In this document: positions 20,303-29,373 of the stretch, piece by piece | Position numbering within the stretch: the stretch's first letter is position 1 | Layout of the letters: each line of letters starts with the position of its first letter | Origin: a virus | Lineage: Duplodnaviria; Caudoviricetes | Length of the DNA stretch: 64,000 nucleotides | IMG/VR virus record: IMGVR_UViG_3300037295_000333 | Coordinates: 1-64,000 of that record | Direction: 5' to 3' (one strand) | Program-made: the position numbers and the translations under genes | The notes under the pieces: generated by a model | What the model was told of the DNA's origin: nothing | What the model saw: the letters and a program-made list of their open reading frames with translations, nothing else | The model's database searches: none

Positions 20303-20430
20303 AATAATGTTTTTTAAAATTGTTTTTTATTTAAGGACTTTTATTTTAGGGTAAATTTTGCCTTATATTTTTATACCCGACTAGCAATCTAATTACTTTT
20401 ACATAATGTATTATTTAAATTAATATTTTA

Positions 20431-20438
20431 CAAAGTTA
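20431..20438 (-). promoter_or_regulatory. Bacteroidota sigma70 -7 element
   Basis: TAACTTTG, upstream of the SSB candidate. Confidence 0.6.
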
Positions 20439-20472
20439 ATTATTTTATTTGCCTTTGCAACTATTTTTATAT

Positions 20473-21030
20473 TTATTTTAAACTTGAATTTTTGCCACTC
20501 TTTTGAATTAAAATACCATTTATTTTACCCTCTATAATTCCAGCTATAAAATCTTCAGGGGTTGTTCGGGAAACTAATCCATTTAACTTTCTACTTTTAT
20601 CTTGAACTGCCCAATAAAGGGAATCTAAAGCATTAAAGTTTCGCTCTGATTTATAAAATTGTTTTTCTAATACAATCCATTTTTCCTCATTGTGAAAGCA
20701 AGTACTTAATGAACTCTCTGTAAGTTTTACTTTTACATATTCATTGTCAACTCTAATTGTATAGTTTCCTGAGTTTTTTGAAGCCTCGCTTCTTAGCTTT
20801 GATTTATAAGCCCCTTCAAAAATCTTGATTTCTAATTTTAAGTCAGCCATAATGCCACCTACTTCAGCTTTTAATAAACCAATTCTATTTGTAGCTGCCG
20901 ATATAGTAACTGCTTCACCAAACAAGTTTGAAGTATCAATTCTAGTTAAATCATCAACATTAATAACGTCATCAAAGTTATCATGTGAAAGCGTTATTTC
21001 TTGTTGCCCTATTTGAATTTTGTATTCCAT
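20473..21030 (-). CDS. coiled-coil protein, possibly a UvsY-like recombination mediator
   Basis: Helical sequence, next to the SSB candidate and sbcD. Confidence 0.3.
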   Translation of the reverse strand: MEYKIQIGQQEITLSHDNFDDVINVDDLTRIDTSNLFGEAVTISAATNRIGLLKAEVGGIMADLKLEIKIFEGAYKSKLRSEASKNSGNYTIRVDNEYVKVKLTESSLSTCFHNEEKWIVLEKQFYKSERNFNALDSLYWAVQDKSRKLNGLVSRTTPEDFIAGIIEGKINGILIQKSGKNSSLK

Positions 21031-21041
21031 AATTTTAATAT

Positions 21042-21233
21042 TTAGTTTAAATTAAATTTTTTTTTAAATTCTTTTTCTGCCCATTTTTCCCAATAAATAT
21101 GTCCTTCTTTTGTATTTTACCAGTTAAATGCTGGATCTAAGTTATCTGTTGTTTTGTCCCAATCTTTATTTGCATTTCTTTGATTCACTAATGCCCTTTC
21201 TTTTACCTCTTGTGGTAGTTGTGATATTTTCAT
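21042..21233 (-). pseudogene. MKISxLPQEVKE-module gene with an in-frame TAA
   Basis: MKISQLPQEVKERAL...AFNW*NTKEGHIYWEKWAEKEFK; similarity to the paralogs continues past the stop at 21117-21119. Confidence 0.7.
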
Positions 21234-21251
21234 AATTTCTATTTTTTTTAT

Positions 21252-21259
21252 CAAAGATA
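21252..21259 (-). promoter_or_regulatory. Bacteroidota sigma70 -7 element
   Basis: Intergenic TATCTTTG. Confidence 0.65.
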
Positions 21260-21293
21260 ATAATTAATTTAACATAAACAAGTTTTTTGTAAA

Positions 21294-22145
21294 TTAAATT
21301 GCAATTTCCAATTTTTTGCTCAATACTGTTGGTTCATATGGATTTTCAATAATAAAATCAGAAAAAGTATATAAGTAAAAGTTTTTATTCTCTTTTAATT
21401 TCATAGAAAAAGATTTTTCTGAACATTCTCTTTCCCTTAATTCATCAATGGCAAACATATGCCTATCGTATATATGAATGTTTTGAACATTGTATTTAAA
21501 ATTATTTAATTTATGTTCAATTCCTGTTTTATAAGTAAGGTGCCCACAAATAGCCATTCCAAACATTACATATTGAATTGGATTAATTGAGGACGTCATT
21601 ATGTAATCTTGTGATCTTTGATTTAGTGTCATATCAACATACATTTCCCCATTTGATTTTGATAAAGTATATAATGTTTCATAAGCGCATGGAACCAATG
21701 CTTTATTATCTTCAATCATTTGTTGCTCTTGCCACAAATTAATTATATGCCTTCTACTAAATGGATTGCCTATCATTCCATTTAATAACTTATTCATTAA
21801 GTCATATCTTCTTACTGTGTGACCGTATGTTTGACCAATACAATTATTTTTCACTTTAAATGGTTTCCACCAAGGCTGAATCGAAGGATGCATTTCTGAG
21901 ATAATGTTTGTTTGATTTATATAAATTGCCTCAATATCAAACCATGCACATCTAATGGCTGTAGGTCTTAATGAGGTTATTGGGAATTCTACTTTTAATA
22001 TGTTGTAATCAAAAGTTTTTTGAGTAATGAATTTACTATAAGATTGAGTTCCATCTAACCATTTAGGTCTAGGATTTTTATCCCATTGTCCAAAAGTATT
22101 TATTTCCTCTAATGTTTCTAAAAAGTATTTATCGGCTTTGTTCAT
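21294..22145 (-). CDS. thyA: thymidylate synthase (folate-dependent)
   Basis: PRPKW, YGHTV, RRHIINLW, LVPC (catalytic Cys), QRSQD...N and HIYDRH motifs. Start revised to MNKADKY. Confidence 0.9.
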   Translation of the reverse strand: MNKADKYFLETLEEINTFGQWDKNPRPKWLDGTQSYSKFITQKTFDYNILKVEFPITSLRPTAIRCAWFDIEAIYINQTNIISEMHPSIQPWWKPFKVKNNCIGQTYGHTVRRYDLMNKLLNGMIGNPFSRRHIINLWQEQQMIEDNKALVPCAYETLYTLSKSNGEMYVDMTLNQRSQDYIMTSSINPIQYVMFGMAICGHLTYKTGIEHKLNNFKYNVQNIHIYDRHMFAIDELRERECSEKSFSMKLKENKNFYLYTFSDFIIENPYEPTVLSKKLEIAI

Positions 22146-22277
22146 TTTTATTTTAGTAATTATAATTTTAATACCTTTATAGCATGTAGTCAATAGTTGT
22201 GGTGCAATTAAAAATAACACAACACGTTATATAATTAATGCTCGGTTTAGTTCGGTTAATAAAGTTCGTGATTCTTG

Positions 22278-23003
22278 TCAAATTTTGCTTAATATATGAT
22301 ATTGTGGATATTGTTTTAATAATTTTTCCTTTAATAAAATTGGGTTTTCATTATTATAATTTTTAGTTTTTTTAGCTTGTAAATTAGCACTACTGCAAAC
22401 TATCCTTAATACTGAACGATTTTCATGAAATTTATAAAATGAGTTAATTATATTTTTGTCTAATATTTCTTGAATTTCTGATGTTCCTAAGTCTTTTGAT
22501 AATTTTATTTCATCTAAATTAATTTTATTTACTAAGATAAATTCAAGCATAATACTATTAAAGGTTAAAGGGTAAACATGGTCAACATGAGAATATATTT
22601 TTTTAAATTTTAAATTTGTTTGACTGCAAATAAATTTATCTTTATCGCCAACTATTTTAAATGCAGAATCTCTAAAAGAATCAGTTTGATCTTTAACAAC
22701 ATTCCTAAAAATAGATCCCCAATTTTTGTTTTTAGAAAATTTTTGTTGTGGATTAAGGCATTTATAAAAACTGAAATCGGTAGTAGTTCCATCAATTCTT
22801 TGAACCATAAAATTAAATTGATTTACTCTCCATTTAGATTTTTGAACAAAAAAATAATCAAGACCACCGCCTATCTTTTCATTAACATTTGGATGGGATT
22901 TTAAAAGTTCAAATAGTATTTTGTGTTCATAGCTATATTTATCAATTTTTAAATTAGCAAATTTATATAAAATTTTTTGTATTTTTTCTTTAGTCATTTT
23001 CAT
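22278..23003 (-). CDS. putative HNH-like (DUF3223-type) endonuclease
   Basis: DFSFYKC and HVDHVYPLTF...LRIVCSSANL; free-standing gene upstream of thyA. Confidence 0.5.
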   Translation of the reverse strand: MKMTKEKIQKILYKFANLKIDKYSYEHKILFELLKSHPNVNEKIGGGLDYFFVQKSKWRVNQFNFMVQRIDGTTTDFSFYKCLNPQQKFSKNKNWGSIFRNVVKDQTDSFRDSAFKIVGDKDKFICSQTNLKFKKIYSHVDHVYPLTFNSIMLEFILVNKINLDEIKLSKDLGTSEIQEILDKNIINSFYKFHENRSVLRIVCSSANLQAKKTKNYNNENPILLKEKLLKQYPQYHILSKI

Positions 23004-23027
23004 AAGTTATTTTTTAAGTTTATTTTT

Positions 23028-23035
23028 CAAAGATA
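23028..23035 (-). promoter_or_regulatory. Bacteroidota sigma70 -7 element
   Basis: TATCTTTG, just downstream of a terminator. Confidence 0.65.
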
Positions 23036-23065
23036 GTTATAATAATTTAATATGCAAATAAAAAA

Positions 23066-23095
23066 ACAAAAAAGCCTTTAAAAAAATAAGGGCTT
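23066..23095 (-). terminator. intrinsic terminator
   Basis: AAGCCCTTA/TAAAGGCTT imperfect stem plus T tract. Confidence 0.65.
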
Positions 23096-23099
23096 AAAA

Positions 23100-23438
23100 T
23101 TAAATTTTCATTTCTTTTAATAAAAGATAAATGATATTTATTTCATTGGAAGAAAATTTCTTGTAATCAATGTTTCTAATAAACCTTAACTTTATTTCAA
23201 TTTTTAGTTTATCTGAATTTGATTCATCTGACTTTATGTAAGATTCACCAAAATGTTTACCTCCCCCAATACCTTTATTGTCTTGTCTTATGCAAGATAA
23301 ATCGGGTAAATATTTTCTATTAAAAACTTTATTTTCGCTATAAGCAAAATCATCAACTACTTTGTCAATAACAATTTTTTCCTCTGCCGTTCCAAATCTT
23401 AATTTATAAACAACGTCATTAATTTCTAAATTTTTCAT
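23100..23438 (-). CDS. hypothetical protein
   Basis: ORF track. Confidence 0.6.
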   Translation of the reverse strand: MKNLEINDVVYKLRFGTAEEKIVIDKVVDDFAYSENKVFNRKYLPDLSCIRQDNKGIGGGKHFGESYIKSDESNSDKLKIEIKLRFIRNIDYKKFSSNEINIIYLLLKEMKI

Positions 23439-23444
23439 ATATTT

Positions 23445-26400
23445 TTATTTTAATACTTTTAGAATACTTTTATTTGTAAGGGTTAATTGATTTCCCTTTG
23501 TCCACTTATCTTCATACTTTAAGTTTGCCGAAAAGATGATTATAGACTTCTCACAGCCCGTTAATTCTTTTTCGTACAACATATACTCATCAGACCAAAC
23601 TATCAGTTTAAATAGCTTATAATTGTGTTCTATGGTTAACCTTGCAAACTTTCCTTTCTTGCTTTTTGATACCTTACACTCTACAATGTAACCTCCAAAT
23701 AATCTAAATATACCAAAACCTTGTTTTGTGTTTAGTTCAATTTGAGTAAAAAATTTAGTATCAATTCCCATTGTACTGGCTATTTCACTATAATTTACAT
23801 CAGCTAATCCAGTTAACTCTTTTTGCTTTAACAGCCACCACCACTTTTGTGTAATTGCACCAACGGTATAGCAATCCTTTTCTTTGTTTGCAATTTTTAC
23901 TCCATACCTTTCTCTAAAGTCTTTGATTAAATTACCTCTTTCTGACTCATTTTTAATATGATATAAGCGGTCAAATGCTCCAGAAGATATAAGTGCTTCA
24001 TAAGTTTGTTTTTTTACCTTAGAGCCTGTAAAACTATGTCTGTCATGAAAGTCATCAAAATCTGTGTAGTCTCCATTCTTATCCCTTTCAGCAATTACCT
24101 GTAAAGCGGTATCTTCACCAATTCCTTTTATAGAACCAATTCCCCAAAAGATATTTTGACTCTTCATATCTGAAATCATTTCTATTCCTGAGCCATTTAT
24201 GTCAGATGGAAGTATCTTTACTTTTTTTGCAGAAAATATTTCAGCTAAATATTTTAAAGTATCTTTTTCATTCGCATAGTCCAATGCAACTGTCCAATAC
24301 TCTAATGGAAAATTAACCTTTAAATACATTCCCACATAAGCCGTGAGGGCATAAGCTGCAGAATGCGATAAATTAAAAGAATATTTGGCAAACTCGAGCA
24401 TAACAGACCAAATTGTGTTAAATTCTTGAGAAGAACACCCTTTTTTAACAAAGCCCTCTTTTACTATATCTTTCCATCCCTCTAAAACAGATGCCTTTTT
24501 TTTACCCATTGCACGTCTAACGTCATCAGCTTCTCTCATACTTAGTCCTCCAACTTGTTGGCAAACTTGCATGATCTGTTCTTGATAGCAATTGTGGACA
24601 ATTAAACCTCCAGAATGAAAACTATGTTCGTCTTTAACTGTAATGTCATACGTATCAATAATTTCATTTTCTGTTATTCTAAGTATTCTTCCCCAAACCT
24701 TATGGTTAACATCTTCAAATTCAGTAAACTTTGATATGGTGTCTCTTGAAACATAAGATGCATTACAATTTTTATTATAATATCTTGCCCTCATAGATTT
24801 CCATTTAGGTTTTGAACTCCAAATTAATCCATTAGTAGGGTAGTATATTTTAGCACCTTTAAAGTCTTCTTTGATTATTCTAAACTTTAACTTATCGTTT
24901 TTTCCAATTGATACTGTAAAAACATTTCCTTCTTCTTTGTAGGTACAAGGTATCCTGTAAGACTGTAACGCTAAAAATAAATCATAAGAAAGTTCTTTGT
25001 TTGCAAGTCTTATTATTCCATTTTGAAAACATCCATCACCTTCAAATAACCCAGAAAGCATATGTATTGAATAATTTTTTGGAAGTCTTTTTGTGTATAC
25101 ATTTTGCTTGTTAGTTATTCCATATTCCAATAACTTTTTTTTCATTAGATTAACTTTAAAATCTTTAGAAAAATAAGCATTTTTGTTTTCTGCAAATGAA
25201 ACTTGAATTCTATGACAACCTCCAAGCCTTTCTTTGTTTTTACGAAAAGTTACCTTTGGAACTGAAGTTGGAAATACTTTTTTAACTACTTTTAAAACTT
25301 CATTGGTTCTATCTTCGCTGCCTACGTATATTGTAGGCGTACACTTTCCGCCTCCCTCAGCTAAATAGTAACCTATTAGCCAATGTTCTAAAGCAGTATC
25401 TTTATCAATATCATCAAATTTTTCCTCACCTATCCAGTTCCCCTTTATTAAGTCTGATGAAGTGTTTAAATCTTTTGCCTCTTTCCATCCAAACTGAGTC
25501 ATAACTTTATGATCTGGGGTCAATATTAATTCTTCCCCAAAAGTAGTTCTTATTCTTATGGTTTCTTTTTTTCCAGAATAAAAACTATCAGTTACTGTAT
25601 CCCAATTATTTGACTTATTTCTTACTTTATCATTTATTTTTACATCTTTTAATTTAACTATACCTCTTTTTGTAATTATATTTGATTCTCCAGAAAGACA
25701 CAGAAGTCCATAGGTATTTTTTGTTATTTCCTCAGTCCCCCAAAGATATTCCACTTTTCTCCCCTCATTTTTACATTTTACGTAAATTTCATGATAGTGG
25801 TTCTCCATTGGTCCAGGTCTGTAAAGTGCATTGGCTGCAGTTAAATCATTAATATTTTTTGGCTTTAATGCTTTTGAATATTCAGTTAATCCTTCTGACC
25901 CCATTTGAAAAATATCACCGTTCCAACCATTTCCAAAATACCTGTAGACTTCAGGGTCATCAGGTAAATTATATATATCTGGCACTTCTTTGCCATTATT
26001 TTTTATGATTTCTAATATGTCGCCAAACTTGTCTAATTGCTTAATTCCTAAAATATCTTCTTTTAAAAAACCAGCATCTTCCATTTGTCCACCATCCCAC
26101 TCTGAAACAATTAATCCGTTTTGACTTCTCATTGGAGACCATTGTGAAGCTGTCATAACTTCAGGGAAAATAATCATTGCACACGGGTGAATTGATTTGG
26201 TTTTTGGCTGATTTAGTATTGTAGGCAATAATTTAAAGATGTCAGACTGTTGTTTTATGTATTGCTTTAGTCTAGGCTCTGTAGTTGAACGCTTGAATAA
26301 ATCTAACATTGTAGAATCTTTTTCGTCTATAATGGCAGTCATTAAGTTTGCATTTGAAAAGTCATTCTCAAATTGCCTGTCCAAATCCTTTATTGCTCCT

Positions 26401-26513
26401 TTCAATTTTAAAGTTACCGTTGAGCCTACTGAGCATATCTGATTTTCTCCAAATCTTTTTTCCATATATGACTTTATATAAGCCCTATCTTTCCCTGCAA
26501 AATCGGAGTCAAT
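23445..26513 (-). CDS. dnaE: DNA polymerase III alpha, C-terminal part (polymerase core, HhH, OB), containing an intein
   Basis: The frame is open upstream of the track ATG (26465) as ATT-DSDFAGKDRAYIKSYMEKRFG. Motifs: SIHPCA, KEDILG, ALYRPGP, YQEQIM, RRAMGKK, KYSFNLSH and IKGIG. Confidence 0.93.
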   Translation of the reverse strand: MDSDFAGKDRAYIKSYMEKRFGENQICSVGSTVTLKLKGAIKDLDRQFENDFSNANLMTAIIDEKDSTMLDLFKRSTTEPRLKQYIKQQSDIFKLLPTILNQPKTKSIHPCAMIIFPEVMTASQWSPMRSQNGLIVSEWDGGQMEDAGFLKEDILGIKQLDKFGDILEIIKNNGKEVPDIYNLPDDPEVYRYFGNGWNGDIFQMGSEGLTEYSKALKPKNINDLTAANALYRPGPMENHYHEIYVKCKNEGRKVEYLWGTEEITKNTYGLLCLSGESNIITKRGIVKLKDVKINDKVRNKSNNWDTVTDSFYSGKKETIRIRTTFGEELILTPDHKVMTQFGWKEAKDLNTSSDLIKGNWIGEEKFDDIDKDTALEHWLIGYYLAEGGGKCTPTIYVGSEDRTNEVLKVVKKVFPTSVPKVTFRKNKERLGGCHRIQVSFAENKNAYFSKDFKVNLMKKKLLEYGITNKQNVYTKRLPKNYSIHMLSGLFEGDGCFQNGIIRLANKELSYDLFLALQSYRIPCTYKEEGNVFTVSIGKNDKLKFRIIKEDFKGAKIYYPTNGLIWSSKPKWKSMRARYYNKNCNASYVSRDTISKFTEFEDVNHKVWGRILRITENEIIDTYDITVKDEHSFHSGGLIVHNCYQEQIMQVCQQVGGLSMREADDVRRAMGKKKASVLEGWKDIVKEGFVKKGCSSQEFNTIWSVMLEFAKYSFNLSHSAAYALTAYVGMYLKVNFPLEYWTVALDYANEKDTLKYLAEIFSAKKVKILPSDINGSGIEMISDMKSQNIFWGIGSIKGIGEDTALQVIAERDKNGDYTDFDDFHDRHSFTGSKVKKQTYEALISSGAFDRLYHIKNESERGNLIKDFRERYGVKIANKEKDCYTVGAITQKWWWLLKQKELTGLADVNYSEIASTMGIDTKFFTQIELNTKQGFGIFRLFGGYIVECKVSKSKKGKFARLTIEHNYKLFKLIVWSDEYMLYEKELTGCEKSIIIFSANLKYEDKWTKGNQLTLTNKSILKVLK
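24591..25700 (-). mobile_element. contiguous intein with LAGLIDADG endonuclease (370 aa) in dnaE
   Basis: GLL|CLSGES ... TPDH ... IVHN|CYQEQ; LAGLIDADG helices IGYYLAEGG and SGLFEGDG. Confidence 0.92.
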
Positions 26514-26581
26514 TAAATGTCGGGAAGAGTGCCTTCATAAAGCTTCTTCCCGACTACTTGTTTTATAGTTTTTACAATCAT
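26513..26581 (-). CDS. dnaE: 22-aa DnaE segment ending in LPDI
   Basis: ATG at 26581 after an A-rich leader: MIVKTIKQVVGKKLYEGTLPDI*. Supplies the first half of the PDIDxDF motif. Not in the ORF track. Confidence 0.75.
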   Translation of the reverse strand: MIVKTIKQVVGKKLYEGTLPDI

Positions 26582-26588
26582 TTTATTT

Positions 26589-26957
26589 TTAATTATAGTT
26601 TATAATTTTGTCGCCCTCAAGCAAGTCTTCGACAAATATAATACTTTCTTTTTGATTTCTAACTATTTTTATTAAACTTCCTTCTGTTAAAATTATATTT
26701 TCTAAATCTGTTTTTATTTCAAATGCAGGACAATCTCTCAGTTCCCCCATTCTTCCTACATTTAGGAATCTTTCAAAGAGTAGGTCAAATTCAATGGGAT
26801 CAATTTGTATTATTCCAAGTAAGTAGGAAACAAGGCTTCCTCCAGCTGAGTTGTGAACTATTGCACCATTTACACTATAGCTATGATCTTGTGTTTGTAC
26901 ACCAATGTCATAAACTTTTCCTGTATGTTGTAAGTATTTTTTAGACTTTAGTTTCAT
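26589..26957 (-). CDS. dnaE: split-intein C-half (36 aa) + DnaE middle segment
   Basis: [20 protein letters not shown]...AIVHN|[13 protein letters not shown]...[11 protein letters not shown], then a ~50-aa extension. Confidence 0.9.
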   Translation of the reverse strand: MKLKSKKYLQHTGKVYDIGVQTQDHSYSVNGAIVHNSAGGSLVSYLLGIIQIDPIEFDLLFERFLNVGRMGELRDCPAFEIKTDLENIILTEGSLIKIVRNQKESIIFVEDLLEGDKIINYN

Positions 26958-29358
26958 TGTAAAATTTTATTTTATAGTTATAGTTATGTACATATCTTCT
27001 TTTTGAAATATATTTGCAAGTTAAGTCTTTTTCCTGAATTATATTATAATTTTCTTCACATAATTCAATTTTAGCATAATGTGACTTTTTATTTACTTGA
27101 ATTAATCTTTCACTTAATAAGTTATCCATATTCCTCTTTACTTCTATAACCTTGCCGTTAACAATAAAGTCTGGAAAATAACTTCTATATTCTTCATTGT
27201 CTTTAATTTTGTATTTTATTGGAAGTCTATCATAATTTTTAAAATTAATTATATTTAAATTTTTATCACAGTCTATTATGTAAGCCAATTCTAATAATCC
27301 ATTAAATATAATTTTTCCAAATCTAACAGTATGAACTTCTCCGCTATTTTTAAGTGCATTTGTAACATTTTTTATATATTTTGGATTACTTATATAAAGG
27401 TTTCTCATTATAGCTGAAGCTTTATCTTTATTTTCTTTTACATTCCAATATTTTTGCGCATTTATTTTATTATTTAATTTTTGATTTGGCTTGTTTTGTG
27501 CTATTATCTGAGCCTTAGAGTTATTACTTTTTGCTAATTTAGAATTTAAAGCCTCACTTAATGCACATTTACTGCAATTGTTTAATTTGTGAACATTTAT
27601 TTTTAATCCTGATATAGATTTGCTATATTTTTTTTCACATTTTAAACAAAAATCAGTAAAACTTCTTTTACTTGAAAAACCATTTTTTAAAAATAATAAA
27701 GCATCATTAAAGTTCATTTTACCTTCATAAACTTTTAGTAAAACAGATACACTACATCCTATTTTTTTAACTGCATCTAAAAATTTACCTTGCCTTTTAT
27801 TTTCTTGTACTTCATCAAGTTCAGTAAGTTTATCGGCTTCCACCCAGCCCCTATTTTTTGTAAAAAACTTGTGATCTTTTGTGCATCTTATTACATTTTC
27901 TCCAAAATTAAGTTCCACTATTTCTTCATTTATATCGTAAATAAAAGTATTTATTACTTCTGACTTTCCAAAAAAGTGATTAAAGGTATTGTCTCCAACT
28001 TTAACATCTTCAATACTTTTAAATGTTCCGTTTGACATTTTTACCTTACTGCCTGCAACAAAACAACCTCTGCCTATTCCAGTCAACATTCCCTTTTCTT
28101 TTGCCTCAGCTATAATATCTCTTTGTACTAAAAAGTAGTCTATTACGTCACCTTTTTTCAAAACTGATATTTCTTCTTTTAGTCTTTCTACATATTTATT
28201 TTTATCTACTATTTTTTTTTGTGCAAATCCTAACTTTATGTAATGCATAAACAAATCTTCATTTGCCTTAAAGTTGTCTTTTTCCCACTCATTCATCTTA
28301 TATTTTGGAAGCCTTCTGTTAACCGTATCATACATAAAATTACATTGTGATACTAATTCATCTAAATTTTTATTTGATTCCTTATACAGCCTAATCCAGC
28401 TTGTATTGCCTTGTTCAAACAATCCTATTAATTCAGATGCATATATATCATTGTTCTTAAAATATTGATTTTTTGTTTTGTCGCTAAACTTTTTTCCAAT
28501 TCCCCAAAGAATTTCTCTTGCTTCCCAATCAGATTTTTCCAAACAATAAGCGTCAAAAATTGCTATTGGCTTTAAATCAGATTTTAAATACAATTCTAAA
28601 TTATCTATATATTTTTTATCTGTTTCTGCAATATCGAATTCTACCGTATCTACCATATAAAAATCAGCTTGTTTAAACCTGCTTTCAAACGATGTGGTTT
28701 TGGGATCTGTAATTACAAAAATTCCTTCTAAATTATCTTTTAGAAAATCTTCTTTTACTGCAGTGTCTCCATTCACGTTTATTATCTCACTAAATTTTAA
28801 TAAATTAAGCCAACCTTGAAAGTTTTTTGTATATAGTTTTACTTCATAACTTTCTTTTTCATTCACCACACTCAAGGTCATTCCAATTATTGACTTAATG
28901 TTAGAATCTTTACAATCATTTTGAAACCCCATTACACCTGACAAAGAGTTTTTTTCACAAATTCCCAGTGTGTTTACGCCTAAAAATTTAGCTTTTTTTA
29001 TCCAATCCTTATATGAGCCAATTCCATTTAACAATTCATTTCCTGAGTGAATTCCTAAAAATGATTTTGTAGGTAATTTTTGTTTTGCTTTACCTGTATT
29101 TTTTAATTCTGTCATTGATACATCTTCACCTACTTTTTGTATATACCAAATTCCTCCAAACTCATATACAATTCCATTTGCGTATTGGTCTACTTTAGAA
29201 TAAATATCTTTGTGTATTTGAAATTTCTCATCAAATATAGTTATATTTTTATCTACAATCATAAACACTTCATCTTTTAGTATTAGATGACCCTCTTCTA
29301 TTGTGTAGTCTAATAGGTGTCTATCACAATGTTTTTTTATACTTTTTAATTGATCCAT
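26941..29358 (-). CDS. dnaE: DnaE N-terminal part (PHP domain) + split-intein N-half + nuclease-like domain
   Basis: PHP-like region, YFLVQRDI...GIGRG|CFVAGS...TKDH (intein from 28065), then [15 protein letters not shown]. Start revised to MDQLK (29358). Confidence 0.9.
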   Translation of the reverse strand: MDQLKSIKKHCDRHLLDYTIEEGHLILKDEVFMIVDKNITIFDEKFQIHKDIYSKVDQYANGIVYEFGGIWYIQKVGEDVSMTELKNTGKAKQKLPTKSFLGIHSGNELLNGIGSYKDWIKKAKFLGVNTLGICEKNSLSGVMGFQNDCKDSNIKSIIGMTLSVVNEKESYEVKLYTKNFQGWLNLLKFSEIINVNGDTAVKEDFLKDNLEGIFVITDPKTTSFESRFKQADFYMVDTVEFDIAETDKKYIDNLELYLKSDLKPIAIFDAYCLEKSDWEAREILWGIGKKFSDKTKNQYFKNNDIYASELIGLFEQGNTSWIRLYKESNKNLDELVSQCNFMYDTVNRRLPKYKMNEWEKDNFKANEDLFMHYIKLGFAQKKIVDKNKYVERLKEEISVLKKGDVIDYFLVQRDIIAEAKEKGMLTGIGRGCFVAGSKVKMSNGTFKSIEDVKVGDNTFNHFFGKSEVINTFIYDINEEIVELNFGENVIRCTKDHKFFTKNRGWVEADKLTELDEVQENKRQGKFLDAVKKIGCSVSVLLKVYEGKMNFNDALLFLKNGFSSKRSFTDFCLKCEKKYSKSISGLKINVHKLNNCSKCALSEALNSKLAKSNNSKAQIIAQNKPNQKLNNKINAQKYWNVKENKDKASAIMRNLYISNPKYIKNVTNALKNSGEVHTVRFGKIIFNGLLELAYIIDCDKNLNIINFKNYDRLPIKYKIKDNEEYRSYFPDFIVNGKVIEVKRNMDNLLSERLIQVNKKSHYAKIELCEENYNIIQEKDLTCKYISKRRYVHNYNYKIKFYNETKV

Positions 29359-29373
29359 AATGTTAATTTTTAT

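Noticed and set aside
21294-22145. ThyA homolog as a dCMP hydroxymethylase or base-modification enzyme
   Set aside because: It keeps the Asn (QRSQD...SINP) associated with dUMP specificity, and no glycosyl- or amino-transferase cluster is adjacent.
26508-26521. Group I/II intron as the explanation for the DnaE catalytic-motif break
   Set aside because: The excess sequence is only 5 nt and no intron core is present.
26508-26530. Simple -1 frameshift at the DnaE break
   Set aside because: There is no X XXY YYZ heptamer, and the product would insert extra residues (e.g. PDILIDSDF) into the motif. The hop and re-initiation models fit better.
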